This document shows positions 29,305 through 38,186 of a stretch of DNA of 64,000 nucleotides, piece by piece (the stretch's first letter is position 1; each line of letters opens with the position of its first letter). The position numbers were made by a program, and so were the translations under genes. The DNA comes from an uncultured Candidatus Saccharibacteria bacterium. GTDB taxonomy: Bacteria; Patescibacteriota; Minisyncoccia; UBA9983. The stretch is from NCBI GenBank assembly GCA_964438405.1, contig CAYTKF010000001.1:18860-82859 (forward strand), read 5' to 3'. The notes beneath the pieces are model-generated. The model was not told the origin of the DNA. It worked only from the letters and a program-made list of their open reading frames with translations, and did not search any database.

Positions 29305-29428
29305 GTGACCCGGTTCAGCTTGAGCACGTGAAGTACAGCGTGAGCTGGACAATGGGTCCGGCTGGGAGTGCCCTCGTAATCCCCCAGCCGCAATCATCCG
29401 AGCCCCGATGAAACTGTCGGGGCTTTCA
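29305..29428 (+). ncRNA. Unidentified GC-rich structured RNA element (three hairpins plus terminator). Either a regulatory 5' leader/attenuator of proS or an independent small RNA
   Basis: Local GC is about 58% against AT-rich flanks. Helices gacccg/tgggtc, cagct/agctg, cggctggg/cccagccg. Terminal hairpin agccccga-tgaaactg-tcggggct followed by a U-rich tract. Candidate promoter ttgaaa-17-tagaag at 29277..29305. Confidence 0.4.
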
Positions 29429-29483
29429 TATTTCAATATTTTTTCGTTTGACTCTGCGTTAATTTCTTATTATTATAAGGTTA

Positions 29484-30725
29484 ATGTTGCAATCAAAATT
29501 ATTTGCCAAAACCAGAAAAGAAGCTCCCAAAGACGAGACCGCTGTTAACGCGCAGCTTCTTATCCAAGCAGGTTTTGTAAACAAGGATTCTGCAGGAGTT
29601 TATACTTTTTTGCCGCTTGGCTTAAGAGTTCTCTCAAAAATAGAAAATATTGTCCGCGAAGAAATGAATGCCATCGGTGGCCAGGAAATGCTGATGTCAG
29701 CGCTTCAGCCAAAAGAAAATTGGCAGGCAACTACTAGATGGGAAGGCCTTGATATTTTATTTAAGGTAATCTCGCGCCACGGCTCCGAATATGCGCTGGG
29801 TCCGACCCATGAAGAAATTGTCACTCCCGCTGCATTAAATATAATCAGCTCTTATAAAGACCTGCCTCTGGCTGTTTATCAGATCCAGACAAAATTCCGC
29901 GACGAACCGCGCGCAAAATCCGGTCTGCTTCGAACGCGGGAATTCCGGATGAAAGATTTATACAGTTTTCATAAAGACGAAAAAGATTTAGATAAATATT
30001 ACAATAAAATCGCAATCCCAGCCTATCAAAAAATTTATAAACGCATGGGATTGGAGGCTTTTTTGACAGAAGCAGATGGAGGCACTTTCAGCAAATTTTC
30101 CCATGAATTTCAGGTGGAAATTGAGAACGGAGAGGATATTATTTATATTTGCAATCCGCCAGCTGGCGGATGCGGTCTGGCTAAGAACAAGGAGATTTTT
30201 AAAGACAACGATGAATGCACTAATTGCGGAAAAACAGAATGGCGCGAGGCAAACGCATCCGAGGTGGGCAATATTTTCCCGCTTAAAAATAAATATTCAA
30301 AAAGTTTTAATTTAATTTATACAGCAGAAGACGGAACTAAAAAAGATGTTATTATGGGTTGCTACGGCATGGGCACTTCGCGCTTAATGGGAGTTTTAGC
30401 AGAAAGATTTCATGACCAGGATGGCATTATCTGGCCGGAAAGTGTTGCACCGTTTAAGGTTCATCTTATAGAACTTAATAATGCGTCTGCGAAAAATATT
30501 TACGAAGATTTAATTAAGCATGGCGTGGAAGTTTTATATGACGACAGAGAATTGAGCCCCGGAGAAAAATTCGCTGACGCTGACTTAATCGGCATTCCGT
30601 ATCGTGTGGTTGTGAGCGAAAAAACAGCAGAACAAAATAAGTTTGAGGTTAAAAAAAGAGATGAGGACAAAATAAAATTAGTAGATAAAGAAGAACTTTT
30701 TCGTATCATTCGCATGAATTCGTAG
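29484..30725 (+). CDS. proS: Prolyl-tRNA synthetase, minimal form without the editing (INS) domain; contains a Cys4 insertion
   Basis: N-terminal region (AKTRKEAPKDETAVNAQLLIQAGFV...PLGLRVLSKIENIVREEM) resembles ProRS. 413 aa. Insertion CNPPAGGCGL...ECTNCGK. Confidence 0.8.
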   Translation: MLQSKLFAKTRKEAPKDETAVNAQLLIQAGFVNKDSAGVYTFLPLGLRVLSKIENIVREEMNAIGGQEMLMSALQPKENWQATTRWEGLDILFKVISRHGSEYALGPTHEEIVTPAALNIISSYKDLPLAVYQIQTKFRDEPRAKSGLLRTREFRMKDLYSFHKDEKDLDKYYNKIAIPAYQKIYKRMGLEAFLTEADGGTFSKFSHEFQVEIENGEDIIYICNPPAGGCGLAKNKEIFKDNDECTNCGKTEWREANASEVGNIFPLKNKYSKSFNLIYTAEDGTKKDVIMGCYGMGTSRLMGVLAERFHDQDGIIWPESVAPFKVHLIELNNASAKNIYEDLIKHGVEVLYDDRELSPGEKFADADLIGIPYRVVVSEKTAEQNKFEVKKRDEDKIKLVDKEELFRIIRMNS

Positions 30726-30741
30726 ATTCGCATTATGTTTT

Positions 30742-31797
30742 ATGTTCGATAGATTTTACAAACTTTTTTCCAATGACATCGGCATTGATTTGGGCACTGC
30801 CACCACTCTTGTTTACGTTGCCGGCAAGGGAATTGTTATAAACGAACCCTCTGTGGTTGCCGTCAATCAAAAAACAGGGCAGATTGTGGCCATTGGCAAT
30901 GAGGCAAAAAAAATGCTGGGCAGAACGCCGGGCCACATAAAAGCTGTATGCCCCCTGGTAGACGGAGTTATTTCCGATTTTGAAATTACTCAAGAAATGC
31001 TTTTTTATTTTATTAAAAAAGTTCAGGAGGGCAAAAGATTCAGTTTTTTCGGCAGGCCGAGAGTTGTTGTGGGCGTGCCCTCTGGCATCACCAATGTTGA
31101 GGCGCGGGCAGTGCGCGACGCGGCAAAAAACGCCGGAGCCAGAGAAGTTTATCTTATAGAAGAGCCCATGGCCGCTGCCATTGGCATACGCCTGCCCATT
31201 CACGAGCCAATCGGCAACATGATTATTGATATAGGAGGAGGTACAACGGACATTGCTGTTATTTCTTTGAGCGGAATTGTTACTTCAAAAAATGTGCGTC
31301 TAGCAGGAGACAGATTAAATCAAGATATCATTGAATACGCGCGGGATGAATTTAAAATTCTTCTGGGAGAAAGAACAGCCGAAGACATAAAAATCGCCAT
31401 TGGCTCTGTTAACAAAAACAGCGAGGGCCTGGAGGCGACAATCAGGGGAAGAGACCTCATTACCGGTTTGCCGCGCGAGGTGGTTGTCACTGATTCTGAT
31501 ATCAAGGAGGCCATATGGAAATCAATCCAGACTCTTGTGACGGCAACCAGAGAAGTGATAGAACAGACTCCGCCGGAGCTCGTGGCTGATATTATGCACA
31601 GAGGAATTGCGATGGTTGGAGGCGGAGCATTCTTAAGGGGCTTTGCCAAAATTCTGGAACAGGAGACAAAAATCCCTGTTTATGTGGCAGAGGACCCGTT
31701 GACTGCGGTGGTGCGGGGCACGGGAATTGTTCTGGAAGATTTGGAAAATTTAAAAGATGTTTTAGTTCAACATGAAGACAATATCCCTCCAAAATAA
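30742..31797 (+). CDS. mreB: Rod shape-determining protein MreB (copy 2), first gene of an mreBCD-pbp2 cluster
   Basis: GIDLGTATTLVYV, DIGGGTTDIAV, MVGGGAFL motifs; 351 aa. Confidence 0.85.
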   Translation: MFDRFYKLFSNDIGIDLGTATTLVYVAGKGIVINEPSVVAVNQKTGQIVAIGNEAKKMLGRTPGHIKAVCPLVDGVISDFEITQEMLFYFIKKVQEGKRFSFFGRPRVVVGVPSGITNVEARAVRDAAKNAGAREVYLIEEPMAAAIGIRLPIHEPIGNMIIDIGGGTTDIAVISLSGIVTSKNVRLAGDRLNQDIIEYARDEFKILLGERTAEDIKIAIGSVNKNSEGLEATIRGRDLITGLPREVVVTDSDIKEAIWKSIQTLVTATREVIEQTPPELVADIMHRGIAMVGGGAFLRGFAKILEQETKIPVYVAEDPLTAVVRGTGIVLEDLENLKDVLVQHEDNIPPK

Positions 31798-32506
31798 AAG
31801 CAGAAAGGGAACGATTATTTTAATTATCATCGCTGTTCTTGTTTTTGCCTTTTTTGTTTTTAATAACTCCGCCAGACAGTTTGTCAGCCGGCCTTTTATT
31901 TCTCTCGGCAAGTCACTGTTTAATATCAGGAATTCCATTGGCCAGAACGAACTCGAAAATCAGAACGTGGAACTTCAGGCAAAAATTTTATCTTTGTCTC
32001 CGCTGGAAAAAGAAAACGAAGACCTTAAATCATTGTTGTCAAGAATCAAAAACCCGGCCAGTTATATTCTTGGTTCAATAATTTCCCGGCCTCCGCAGTC
32101 GCCCTATGATATTTTAATTATTGATGCCGGCTCGGAACAAGGAGTTAAATCCGGCGCCAAGGTTACTGCTTACTCCGAAATATTACTGGGTTATGTGGCA
32201 GAAGTTTATCCGGCTTCCAGCAAAGTAAAACTTATTTCTTTCCCCGGCGAACAGACAAACATAAATATTTTAAATGCCGGAATTTCAGCTACAGCCACGG
32301 GCAGAGGGGGGGAAAATCTGGAAATTCAGATTCCTGATTCTCTGGACGCCAATACCGGAGATTTTGTTTTGACACAGGGAACATATCCATTATCGCTCGG
32401 CACAATAGAAAGAATTGAGGTCAACACAAACGAAGCATTCAAAAAACTTTTTTTCCGTCTGCCCATAAACCTGAACGAACTAAAATACGTAGTGATAGAA
32501 AAATAA
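31772..32506 (+). CDS. mreC: Rod shape-determining protein MreC
   Basis: N-terminal TM, coiled-coil (NELENQNVELQAKILSL..ENEDLKSLL), then a beta-barrel-type region (SRPPQSPYDILIIDAGSEQGVKSGAKV). Confidence 0.7.
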   Translation: MKTISLQNKSRKGTIILIIIAVLVFAFFVFNNSARQFVSRPFISLGKSLFNIRNSIGQNELENQNVELQAKILSLSPLEKENEDLKSLLSRIKNPASYILGSIISRPPQSPYDILIIDAGSEQGVKSGAKVTAYSEILLGYVAEVYPASSKVKLISFPGEQTNINILNAGISATATGRGGENLEIQIPDSLDANTGDFVLTQGTYPLSLGTIERIEVNTNEAFKKLFFRLPINLNELKYVVIEK

Positions 32507-32507
32507 A

Positions 32508-33320
32508 ATGAACGGAAATTTTGAAAATACAAAAAAACCTGAAGAAACAATACCTTATGACTCTCCGAAAGAGTTAGCCAATTTTATTTCAAGAGAAAGA
32601 TTACCCATTGATTATAGTTTGGTTATTAATGATAATACTAAAGTTATCGCATTAGGAGAATCACACATGGATAGCACCGCAAAAAAAGAAGTTAAAAATT
32701 CTCTGACGCAATTTAAACAATTAAAATTTACTCATCTAGGATTAGAATTTTTGGGGACTGATTTACAGCCTGTTTTAGATAATTACGTAAGAGGAAAAAA
32801 CAAAAAAGATGAAGAAATATTATTAGAACATTTTAAAACTTATTCTGAAAGAGATGGTGAATTATATCTTGAAATTGTTAAGGAGGCAATATCACTAGGA
32901 ATTAAGATTGTGGCGTTGGATTTACCACAAAAAGAAAAAGATTATTATGAAGAAAGCAATACTATAGAACTTCAGCAAAAAAGAAATCCCTTTATGGCAC
33001 AAAGAGTAGAAAACATTTTATCTGGGAATAAAGAATATAGAGTAATAACTTTCAGTGGCAACGGACATATACAAAATATAGACGAAGGAACAGGGTCAAT
33101 AGTTGTTAATTTAAGAGATAAAAACATCTCTGTTGTGACCATAAATTTTTCCGGACGTCTGATAGAAAAAGGATATCCTTATTCTTATCAGGGCCCCAGC
33201 ATTAGCGAATGCGTTCAAAGTGCTGGGTTAGCCTCAGAAAAGTTTATATTGCCTGCCCAGACAAAATTCCCAGAGATTAACATTCCTTTTGATTGGATTA
33301 TCTATTTGTCCGAAAAATAA
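32508..33320 (+). CDS. ChaN-like (Tiki/TraB-superfamily, PF04187-like) protein inserted between mreC and the mreD-like gene
   Basis: VIALGESHMD...THLGLEFLGTDLQPVLDNYVRG...YLEIVKEAISLGIKIVALDLP parallels the GE.H / gmE.f / ldrY / AlnlP signature blocks of the ChaN family. Confidence 0.4.
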   Translation: MNGNFENTKKPEETIPYDSPKELANFISRERLPIDYSLVINDNTKVIALGESHMDSTAKKEVKNSLTQFKQLKFTHLGLEFLGTDLQPVLDNYVRGKNKKDEEILLEHFKTYSERDGELYLEIVKEAISLGIKIVALDLPQKEKDYYEESNTIELQQKRNPFMAQRVENILSGNKEYRVITFSGNGHIQNIDEGTGSIVVNLRDKNISVVTINFSGRLIEKGYPYSYQGPSISECVQSAGLASEKFILPAQTKFPEINIPFDWIIYLSEK

Positions 33321-33582
33321 AATGTTTAAGCGTTTAATTTGCGATATAATTTTGTTGGGAAGTTTGTTTTTTCTGCCGTGGTATTGGACGGCGTCATTGG
33401 CCATTATTTTTATGATATTTTTCCGGCGTTATTGGGAGGCTGCCGCAGCGGCATTTTTGATTGATATTTTTTATTCCGTGCCGACAAAAAATATTTACGG
33501 ACACTTCGGGCTCTTCACAGCAATAGGCATTATTCTTTTAATAGTTTTAGAAAAATTTAAGTCTAATATCAGAATTAATTAA
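33289..33582 (+). CDS. Small polytopic membrane protein, MreD-like by position (short)
   Basis: 97 aa with 3 TM segments, located between mreC and the PBP2 gene. Confidence 0.3.
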   Translation: MIGLSICPKNKMFKRLICDIILLGSLFFLPWYWTASLAIIFMIFFRRYWEAAAAAFLIDIFYSVPTKNIYGHFGLFTAIGIILLIVLEKFKSNIRIN

Positions 33583-33584
33583 TC

Positions 33585-35231
33585 ATGTTTTTTAGAAAAC
33601 GGCCGAAAATTAAAGACCTTCAGATTTACCCGGACGAGATTTTTCTGGATTCCAAAAACATTCCCAAATTTGACACCCAACAATTCGAGGGCAGGCTGGA
33701 AAAACCAATCAGCAAAAAAACTTTTTTTATTTTTTCCAGCTTTCTGGTCTTAATCTCTTTTTTTTATTTTGGCCAGGTTTTCAATCTGCAGGTTTTGCGC
33801 GGTCAGGCCATGGCCGACCGTTCCCAAAAAAACAATCTTAAAAAAGAAATAATTCTTCCCCCGCGAACAACTATAGCCGACAGAGACGGAGTGCGCCTTG
33901 CCTGGACAGACGGAGACCAAAGAAATTATATTGATATAGCCGGCTTTTCTCATATCATCGGTTATCTGGGCCTGCCGTCAAAAGAAGATTTACAGAATAA
34001 TCCGGGGCTGGCAATGAATGTCATAATCGGCAAAGAGGGAGTGGAAAAAAAATACGAGGAATTTTTAAGAGGCAACGCCGGAGTTAAACTAGTGGAATTT
34101 GATTCCCAAAACAACATTATTTCAGAAAGCGTGCAGACTTTGCCCGTTGCCAACGAAGATTTTAAACTGACAATTGACAGCGGAGTTCAGGCAAAACTTT
34201 TTGAGGCATTAAGTTCAGCCGGCAAAAATCTGGGATACAAGGGCGGAGCAGGAACTATTTTAGATGTAAACAACGGCGAAGTTTTGGCCTTGGCCAGCTA
34301 TCCGGAATATAAACAGGAAAACATCAGCGATTATTTAAACGCAAAAAATAATCCCTTTTTAAACCGCGCCATTTCCGGCCTTTACGCGCCCGGCTCCATT
34401 GTAAAACCATTTATTGCTCTGGCTGCGCTGAACGAAAATATAATTTCTCCGGACAAACAAATTTTTAGTTCCGGCAGCATTTCCATTCCCAATCCGTTTT
34501 TCCCGGACAAGAAAAATATTTTTCTTGACTGGAAAGCGCACGGCTGGACAGATATGAAAAAGGCTTTGGCTGTTTCCTCTGACGTTTATTTTTATGAGAT
34601 TGGCGGAGGATATCAGAATCAGAAGGGTTTAGGAATAAGTAAACTGGAAGACTATGCAAAACAATTCGGCATGGATTCCAAAACCGGCATTGATCTTTTG
34701 GGAGAAGAAAACGGCGTTGTGCCGGATCCGGAATTAAAGGCAAGGGCTGATCCGCGTGACCCGATTTGGCGCGTGGGGGATACTTACAACGCCAGCATTG
34801 GTCAGGGATATTTCCAGGTCACGCCAATAGAAATGGCTGTTTTTGCAGCTGCCTTGGCAAATAATGGTATTTTTGTCCAGCCCCATTTGGCCCCAGTTTT
34901 AAATAATAGTTCTGTAAAAACTATTGATATACCAAAAGAATATTTTGATATCGTCCGGGAGGGAATGCTCATGGCAGTAAAAGAAGGAACAGCCACAACT
35001 TTAAATGTGCCGGGAATAAGCATTGCCGCAAAAACAGGAACAGCGCAGGTTGGAGCGAATAATCAATTTACAAATTCGTGGGTCATTGGATTTTTCCCGT
35101 ACGAAAATCCCAAATATGCGTTTGCCGTTGTGACAGAAAGAGGGCCAAAAGACAGCGCAGCCGGCGCACAATACGTAATGCGCCAAATCCTGGACTGGCT
35201 GGCTATTTACAGACCGGAGTATTTAAAGTAA
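33585..35231 (+). CDS. mrdA: Penicillin-binding protein 2 (class B transpeptidase, elongation)
   Basis: SIVKPF (SxxK), SSDVYF (SxD/N), KTGTAQ (KTG). N-terminal TM anchor. Confidence 0.8.
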   Translation: MFFRKRPKIKDLQIYPDEIFLDSKNIPKFDTQQFEGRLEKPISKKTFFIFSSFLVLISFFYFGQVFNLQVLRGQAMADRSQKNNLKKEIILPPRTTIADRDGVRLAWTDGDQRNYIDIAGFSHIIGYLGLPSKEDLQNNPGLAMNVIIGKEGVEKKYEEFLRGNAGVKLVEFDSQNNIISESVQTLPVANEDFKLTIDSGVQAKLFEALSSAGKNLGYKGGAGTILDVNNGEVLALASYPEYKQENISDYLNAKNNPFLNRAISGLYAPGSIVKPFIALAALNENIISPDKQIFSSGSISIPNPFFPDKKNIFLDWKAHGWTDMKKALAVSSDVYFYEIGGGYQNQKGLGISKLEDYAKQFGMDSKTGIDLLGEENGVVPDPELKARADPRDPIWRVGDTYNASIGQGYFQVTPIEMAVFAAALANNGIFVQPHLAPVLNNSSVKTIDIPKEYFDIVREGMLMAVKEGTATTLNVPGISIAAKTGTAQVGANNQFTNSWVIGFFPYENPKYAFAVVTERGPKDSAAGAQYVMRQILDWLAIYRPEYLK

Positions 35232-35240
35232 AATAATTTT

Positions 35241-36698
35241 ATGAGTTCTATTGATGATATCAGGGCTGAGCGAGTGAGAAAACTCGAGGAAATTAAAAAG
35301 GCGGGGATTGAACCCTTTCCGGTTTCCCCAGAAAAATCTTTTTTAATTTCCGATATTCTGGCCAATTTTAATAAAATTAAAAAGCCGATTTTTATTTGCG
35401 GCAGAATTATGGCCATTCGTTCGCACGGCGGTTCTGTGTTTTTTGATGTTAATGATGGAAGCGGTATTTTACAAGCCTATCTTAAAAAAGACGATGTTTC
35501 CAAAGAACAATTTTTTCTTTTTGAAAAAGCTGACATCGGCGATTTTGTGGAATTAAAGGGTAAACTTTTTAAAACCAAGAAAAAAGAAAAAACGCTAAAA
35601 ATCGGCAAGTGGAGATTTCTGGCAAAAAGTTTATTGCCCTTACCGGAAAAATGGCACGGTCTGCAGGATATTGAAGAACGCTTTAGAAAAAGATATCTGG
35701 ATTTATTAATGAATCAGGAAGTAAAAGAAAGATTTCTGATGCGTTCCAGAATAATTTCCGAATTGCGCGATATTTTGATAAAAAACGGTTTTATTGAAGT
35801 GGAAACTCCAATACTCCAGCCTTTGGCTGGCGGAGCCTTGGCAGAACCATTTACAACGCACCACAACAGCCTTGATATTGATTTGAATCTGCGCATTGCG
35901 CCGGAGCTTTATTTGAAAAAATTATTAATCGGCGGATTTAATAAGGTTTTTGAAATCGGCAGAAATTTCAGAAACGAAGGTATAGACGTAACGCACAATC
36001 CAGAATTCACAATGCTTGAGCTTTACGAAGCGTATCAGGACGCAAAAGGTTTGCGTCAGCAAACGGAAAAATTTTTGAAAGAATTAATTAAAAAAATATT
36101 CAAAAAGCCGGAAATTGTTTTTGAAGAAAATAAAATCAATTTCAACAAAAAATTCAGTGAGATTTCTTATTACGAAGTATTAAAACGCTACGCGCTTATA
36201 ATTGACGCTGGAAAAGAGGATAGAAACGGAATTTCGCTCAAGGCAAAACAATTCGGCATTAAAGTTGAAGATTTTGAAACAAAAGAAAAAATAATGGACA
36301 ATATCTATAAAAAAATGTGTAGGCCGAAAATAATACAGCCTACGTTTATAATAGATTATCCGGTGGGAACGTCTCCATTGGCAAAAAGAATGGAAAATAA
36401 CAAAGAAATGATAGACCGCTTTCAATTGGTTATTGCCGGAATGGAAATCATAAACGGCTTTTCAGAGCTCAATGACCCAGTTGACCAGAAAGAAAGATTC
36501 GCTGTCCAAGATAAGGCAAAAGAGGCGGGAGACAAAGAAGTTTCTCCAAGCGACAAAGATTATTTAGAGGCAATGGAATACGGTATGCCTCCGGCAGCAG
36601 GTTTGGGCATCGGCATAGATCGTCTGGTAATGCTTCTAACTAACACCAAAAACATCCGCGAAGTGATACTCTTTCCGACATTGAGACCGAAAAAGTAA
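35241..36698 (+). CDS. lysS: Lysyl-tRNA synthetase, class II
   Basis: OB-fold N-domain; class II motifs FRNEGIDVTHNPEFTMLELYEAY and GLGIGIDRLVML. Confidence 0.9.
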   Translation: MSSIDDIRAERVRKLEEIKKAGIEPFPVSPEKSFLISDILANFNKIKKPIFICGRIMAIRSHGGSVFFDVNDGSGILQAYLKKDDVSKEQFFLFEKADIGDFVELKGKLFKTKKKEKTLKIGKWRFLAKSLLPLPEKWHGLQDIEERFRKRYLDLLMNQEVKERFLMRSRIISELRDILIKNGFIEVETPILQPLAGGALAEPFTTHHNSLDIDLNLRIAPELYLKKLLIGGFNKVFEIGRNFRNEGIDVTHNPEFTMLELYEAYQDAKGLRQQTEKFLKELIKKIFKKPEIVFEENKINFNKKFSEISYYEVLKRYALIIDAGKEDRNGISLKAKQFGIKVEDFETKEKIMDNIYKKMCRPKIIQPTFIIDYPVGTSPLAKRMENNKEMIDRFQLVIAGMEIINGFSELNDPVDQKERFAVQDKAKEAGDKEVSPSDKDYLEAMEYGMPPAAGLGIGIDRLVMLLTNTKNIREVILFPTLRPKK

Positions 36699-36720
36699 AA
36701 CTATAAATTATAAGAAAAAT

Positions 36721-36764
36721 GACCTGTGGGAGTTTTCCACAGGTTTTTGTTTTGTTTTGTTTTG
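36721..36764 (+). terminator. Intrinsic terminator after lysS
   Basis: acctgtgg-gagtttt-ccacaggt followed by tttttgttttgttttgtttt. Confidence 0.8.
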
Positions 36765-36777
36765 ATATGTAATGGAA

Positions 36778-36834
36778 GTGGGGTATAGTGTAAGGGAAGT
36801 GGGGATAAGTGGATAAAACTGTGGAAACTGTGGA
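36778..36834 (+). promoter_or_regulatory. Array of five GTGG[G/A] direct repeats with about 10-nt periodicity upstream of mraZ (candidate MraZ operator)
   Basis: GTGGGG at 36778 and 36799; GTGGA at 36809, 36821 and 36830. MraZ in E. coli and other bacteria binds GTGGG-type direct repeats in its own promoter. Confidence 0.55.
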
Positions 36835-36859
36835 TAACTCCATTAAACCACTGAATAAT

Positions 36860-37294
36860 ATGCTTATTGGCGAATACAAACATAATTTAGACCCCAAAAA
36901 GCGAGTGGCTATCCCGGCCAAATTTCGCAAAGAAATAGGAGACAAAGCAGTAATTGCCAAAGGCCAGGATAAATGCCTTTTTGTTTACACAATGGCTGAA
37001 TGGGAAAAGGTGGCCGAAAAACTCAGCCAGTTGCCGACCGGCTCGGCTGACACAAGAAATTTCGTCCGCCTTTTCCTGTCAGGAGCAAACGAAGTTGAGA
37101 TTGACGCCATGGGCAGAATTTTAATATCAGACCAGCTTAAGACATTTGCCGAATTAAAAGAAAAAGCTGTCATTGTCGGAGTTCACAAAAGACTGGAAAT
37201 CTGGAATGAAGAGAATTGGGAGGAGTACAAAACCAGATTAGAAAAAGATACTGATATGCTGGCAGAAAAAATGGGAGAGATCGGAGCGTATTAA
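36860..37294 (+). CDS. mraZ: Transcriptional regulator MraZ
   Basis: MLIGEYKHNLDPKKRVAIPAKFR plus a second repeated half. Internal ATG chosen; an upstream in-frame ATG exists at 36809. Confidence 0.8.
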   Translation: MLIGEYKHNLDPKKRVAIPAKFRKEIGDKAVIAKGQDKCLFVYTMAEWEKVAEKLSQLPTGSADTRNFVRLFLSGANEVEIDAMGRILISDQLKTFAELKEKAVIVGVHKRLEIWNEENWEEYKTRLEKDTDMLAEKMGEIGAY

Positions 37295-37295
37295 A

Positions 37296-38186
37296 ATGCA
37301 CAAACCTGTTCTTTTAAAAGAAGCAATAGAATATCTAAATCTTAAAGAGGGTGATATTGCAATAGATGCCACTGTTGACGGAGGCGGACACGCAGAAAAA
37401 ATTTTAGAGAAAATCGGCGCGAGTGGCAAGTTGATAGGCATAGACCAAGACTCAAGCATGATAGAAAAACTTGATTTAGGAGAAAATGCAATTTTGATTA
37501 ACGGAAATTTCAGAGATTTAGATAAATTAGTTTCCGCCTCATCGGCGGACAAGGTGGATGCGATTCTGTTTGACTTAGGAATAAGTTCGTTGCAGCTGGA
37601 AGATTCTGGCAGGGGATTCAGTTTTCAAAAAGACGAACCCCTGCTCATGACGCTAAAGCAAAATCTCCAGCCAGGCGATCTTACTGCGCAGGAGATTATC
37701 AATAACTGGAGCGAGAAAGAAATTGCGGATTTGATTTTTAAATACGGAGAGGAGAGATACAGCCGGCGCATAGCCAGAGGGATTGCAGAAAAAAGGGGCG
37801 CAAGCCCGATTCTCACAACAGGAGAACTGATAGAAATAATAAGATTGAACGTTCCAAGAAATTACCGCAACTCGCGAACCATCAACTGCGCCACGCGTAC
37901 ATTTCAGGCGATAAGAATAGCAGTCAACGACGAACTTGGAGCGCTGGAGAGAGGACTTGAAACAGGGTGGAAAATTTTAAAAAATAACGGCCGAATGGTT
38001 GTTATATCATTCCATTCTTTAGAGGACAGAATAGTTAAGAACTTTTATAAAAACAAAAATTCAACGGGCGAAGGAAAAATTTTGACAAAAAAGCCGATTA
38101 CCCCGAGCTGGGAAGAGAAAAAAATAAATCCCCGCTCGCGAAGCGCAAAATTAAGGGCCATAGAAAAAAATGATAAAACTGTTTAA
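37296..38186 (+). CDS. rsmH: 16S rRNA (cytosine1402-N4)-methyltransferase RsmH (MraW)
   Basis: HKPVLLKEAIEYL...IDATVDGGGHAEKIL; SAM motif FDLGISS. Confidence 0.85.
   Translation: MHKPVLLKEAIEYLNLKEGDIAIDATVDGGGHAEKILEKIGASGKLIGIDQDSSMIEKLDLGENAILINGNFRDLDKLVSASSADKVDAILFDLGISSLQLEDSGRGFSFQKDEPLLMTLKQNLQPGDLTAQEIINNWSEKEIADLIFKYGEERYSRRIARGIAEKRGASPILTTGELIEIIRLNVPRNYRNSRTINCATRTFQAIRIAVNDELGALERGLETGWKILKNNGRMVVISFHSLEDRIVKNFYKNKNSTGEGKILTKKPITPSWEEKKINPRSRSAKLRAIEKNDKTV

Noticed and set aside
29305-29428. Tried to assign the GC-rich structured element to T-box, SRP RNA (4.5S), tmRNA or RNase P on either strand.
   Set aside because: No T-box consensus AGGGUGGNACCGCG and no SRP domain-IV GGAA/AGCAG motif. 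Too short for tmRNA or RNase P, despite a vague resemblance (GCUUGAGC...GUGAG) to the RNase P 3' region. Left as unidentified.
29448-29476. TTGACT-17-TATTAT immediately upstream of proS as a stand-alone promoter call.
   Set aside because: The -10 ends only 7 nt before the ATG (it would require leaderless translation) and overlaps an AAGG SD-like element. Kept as an alternative inside the proS-leader finding rather than as a feature.
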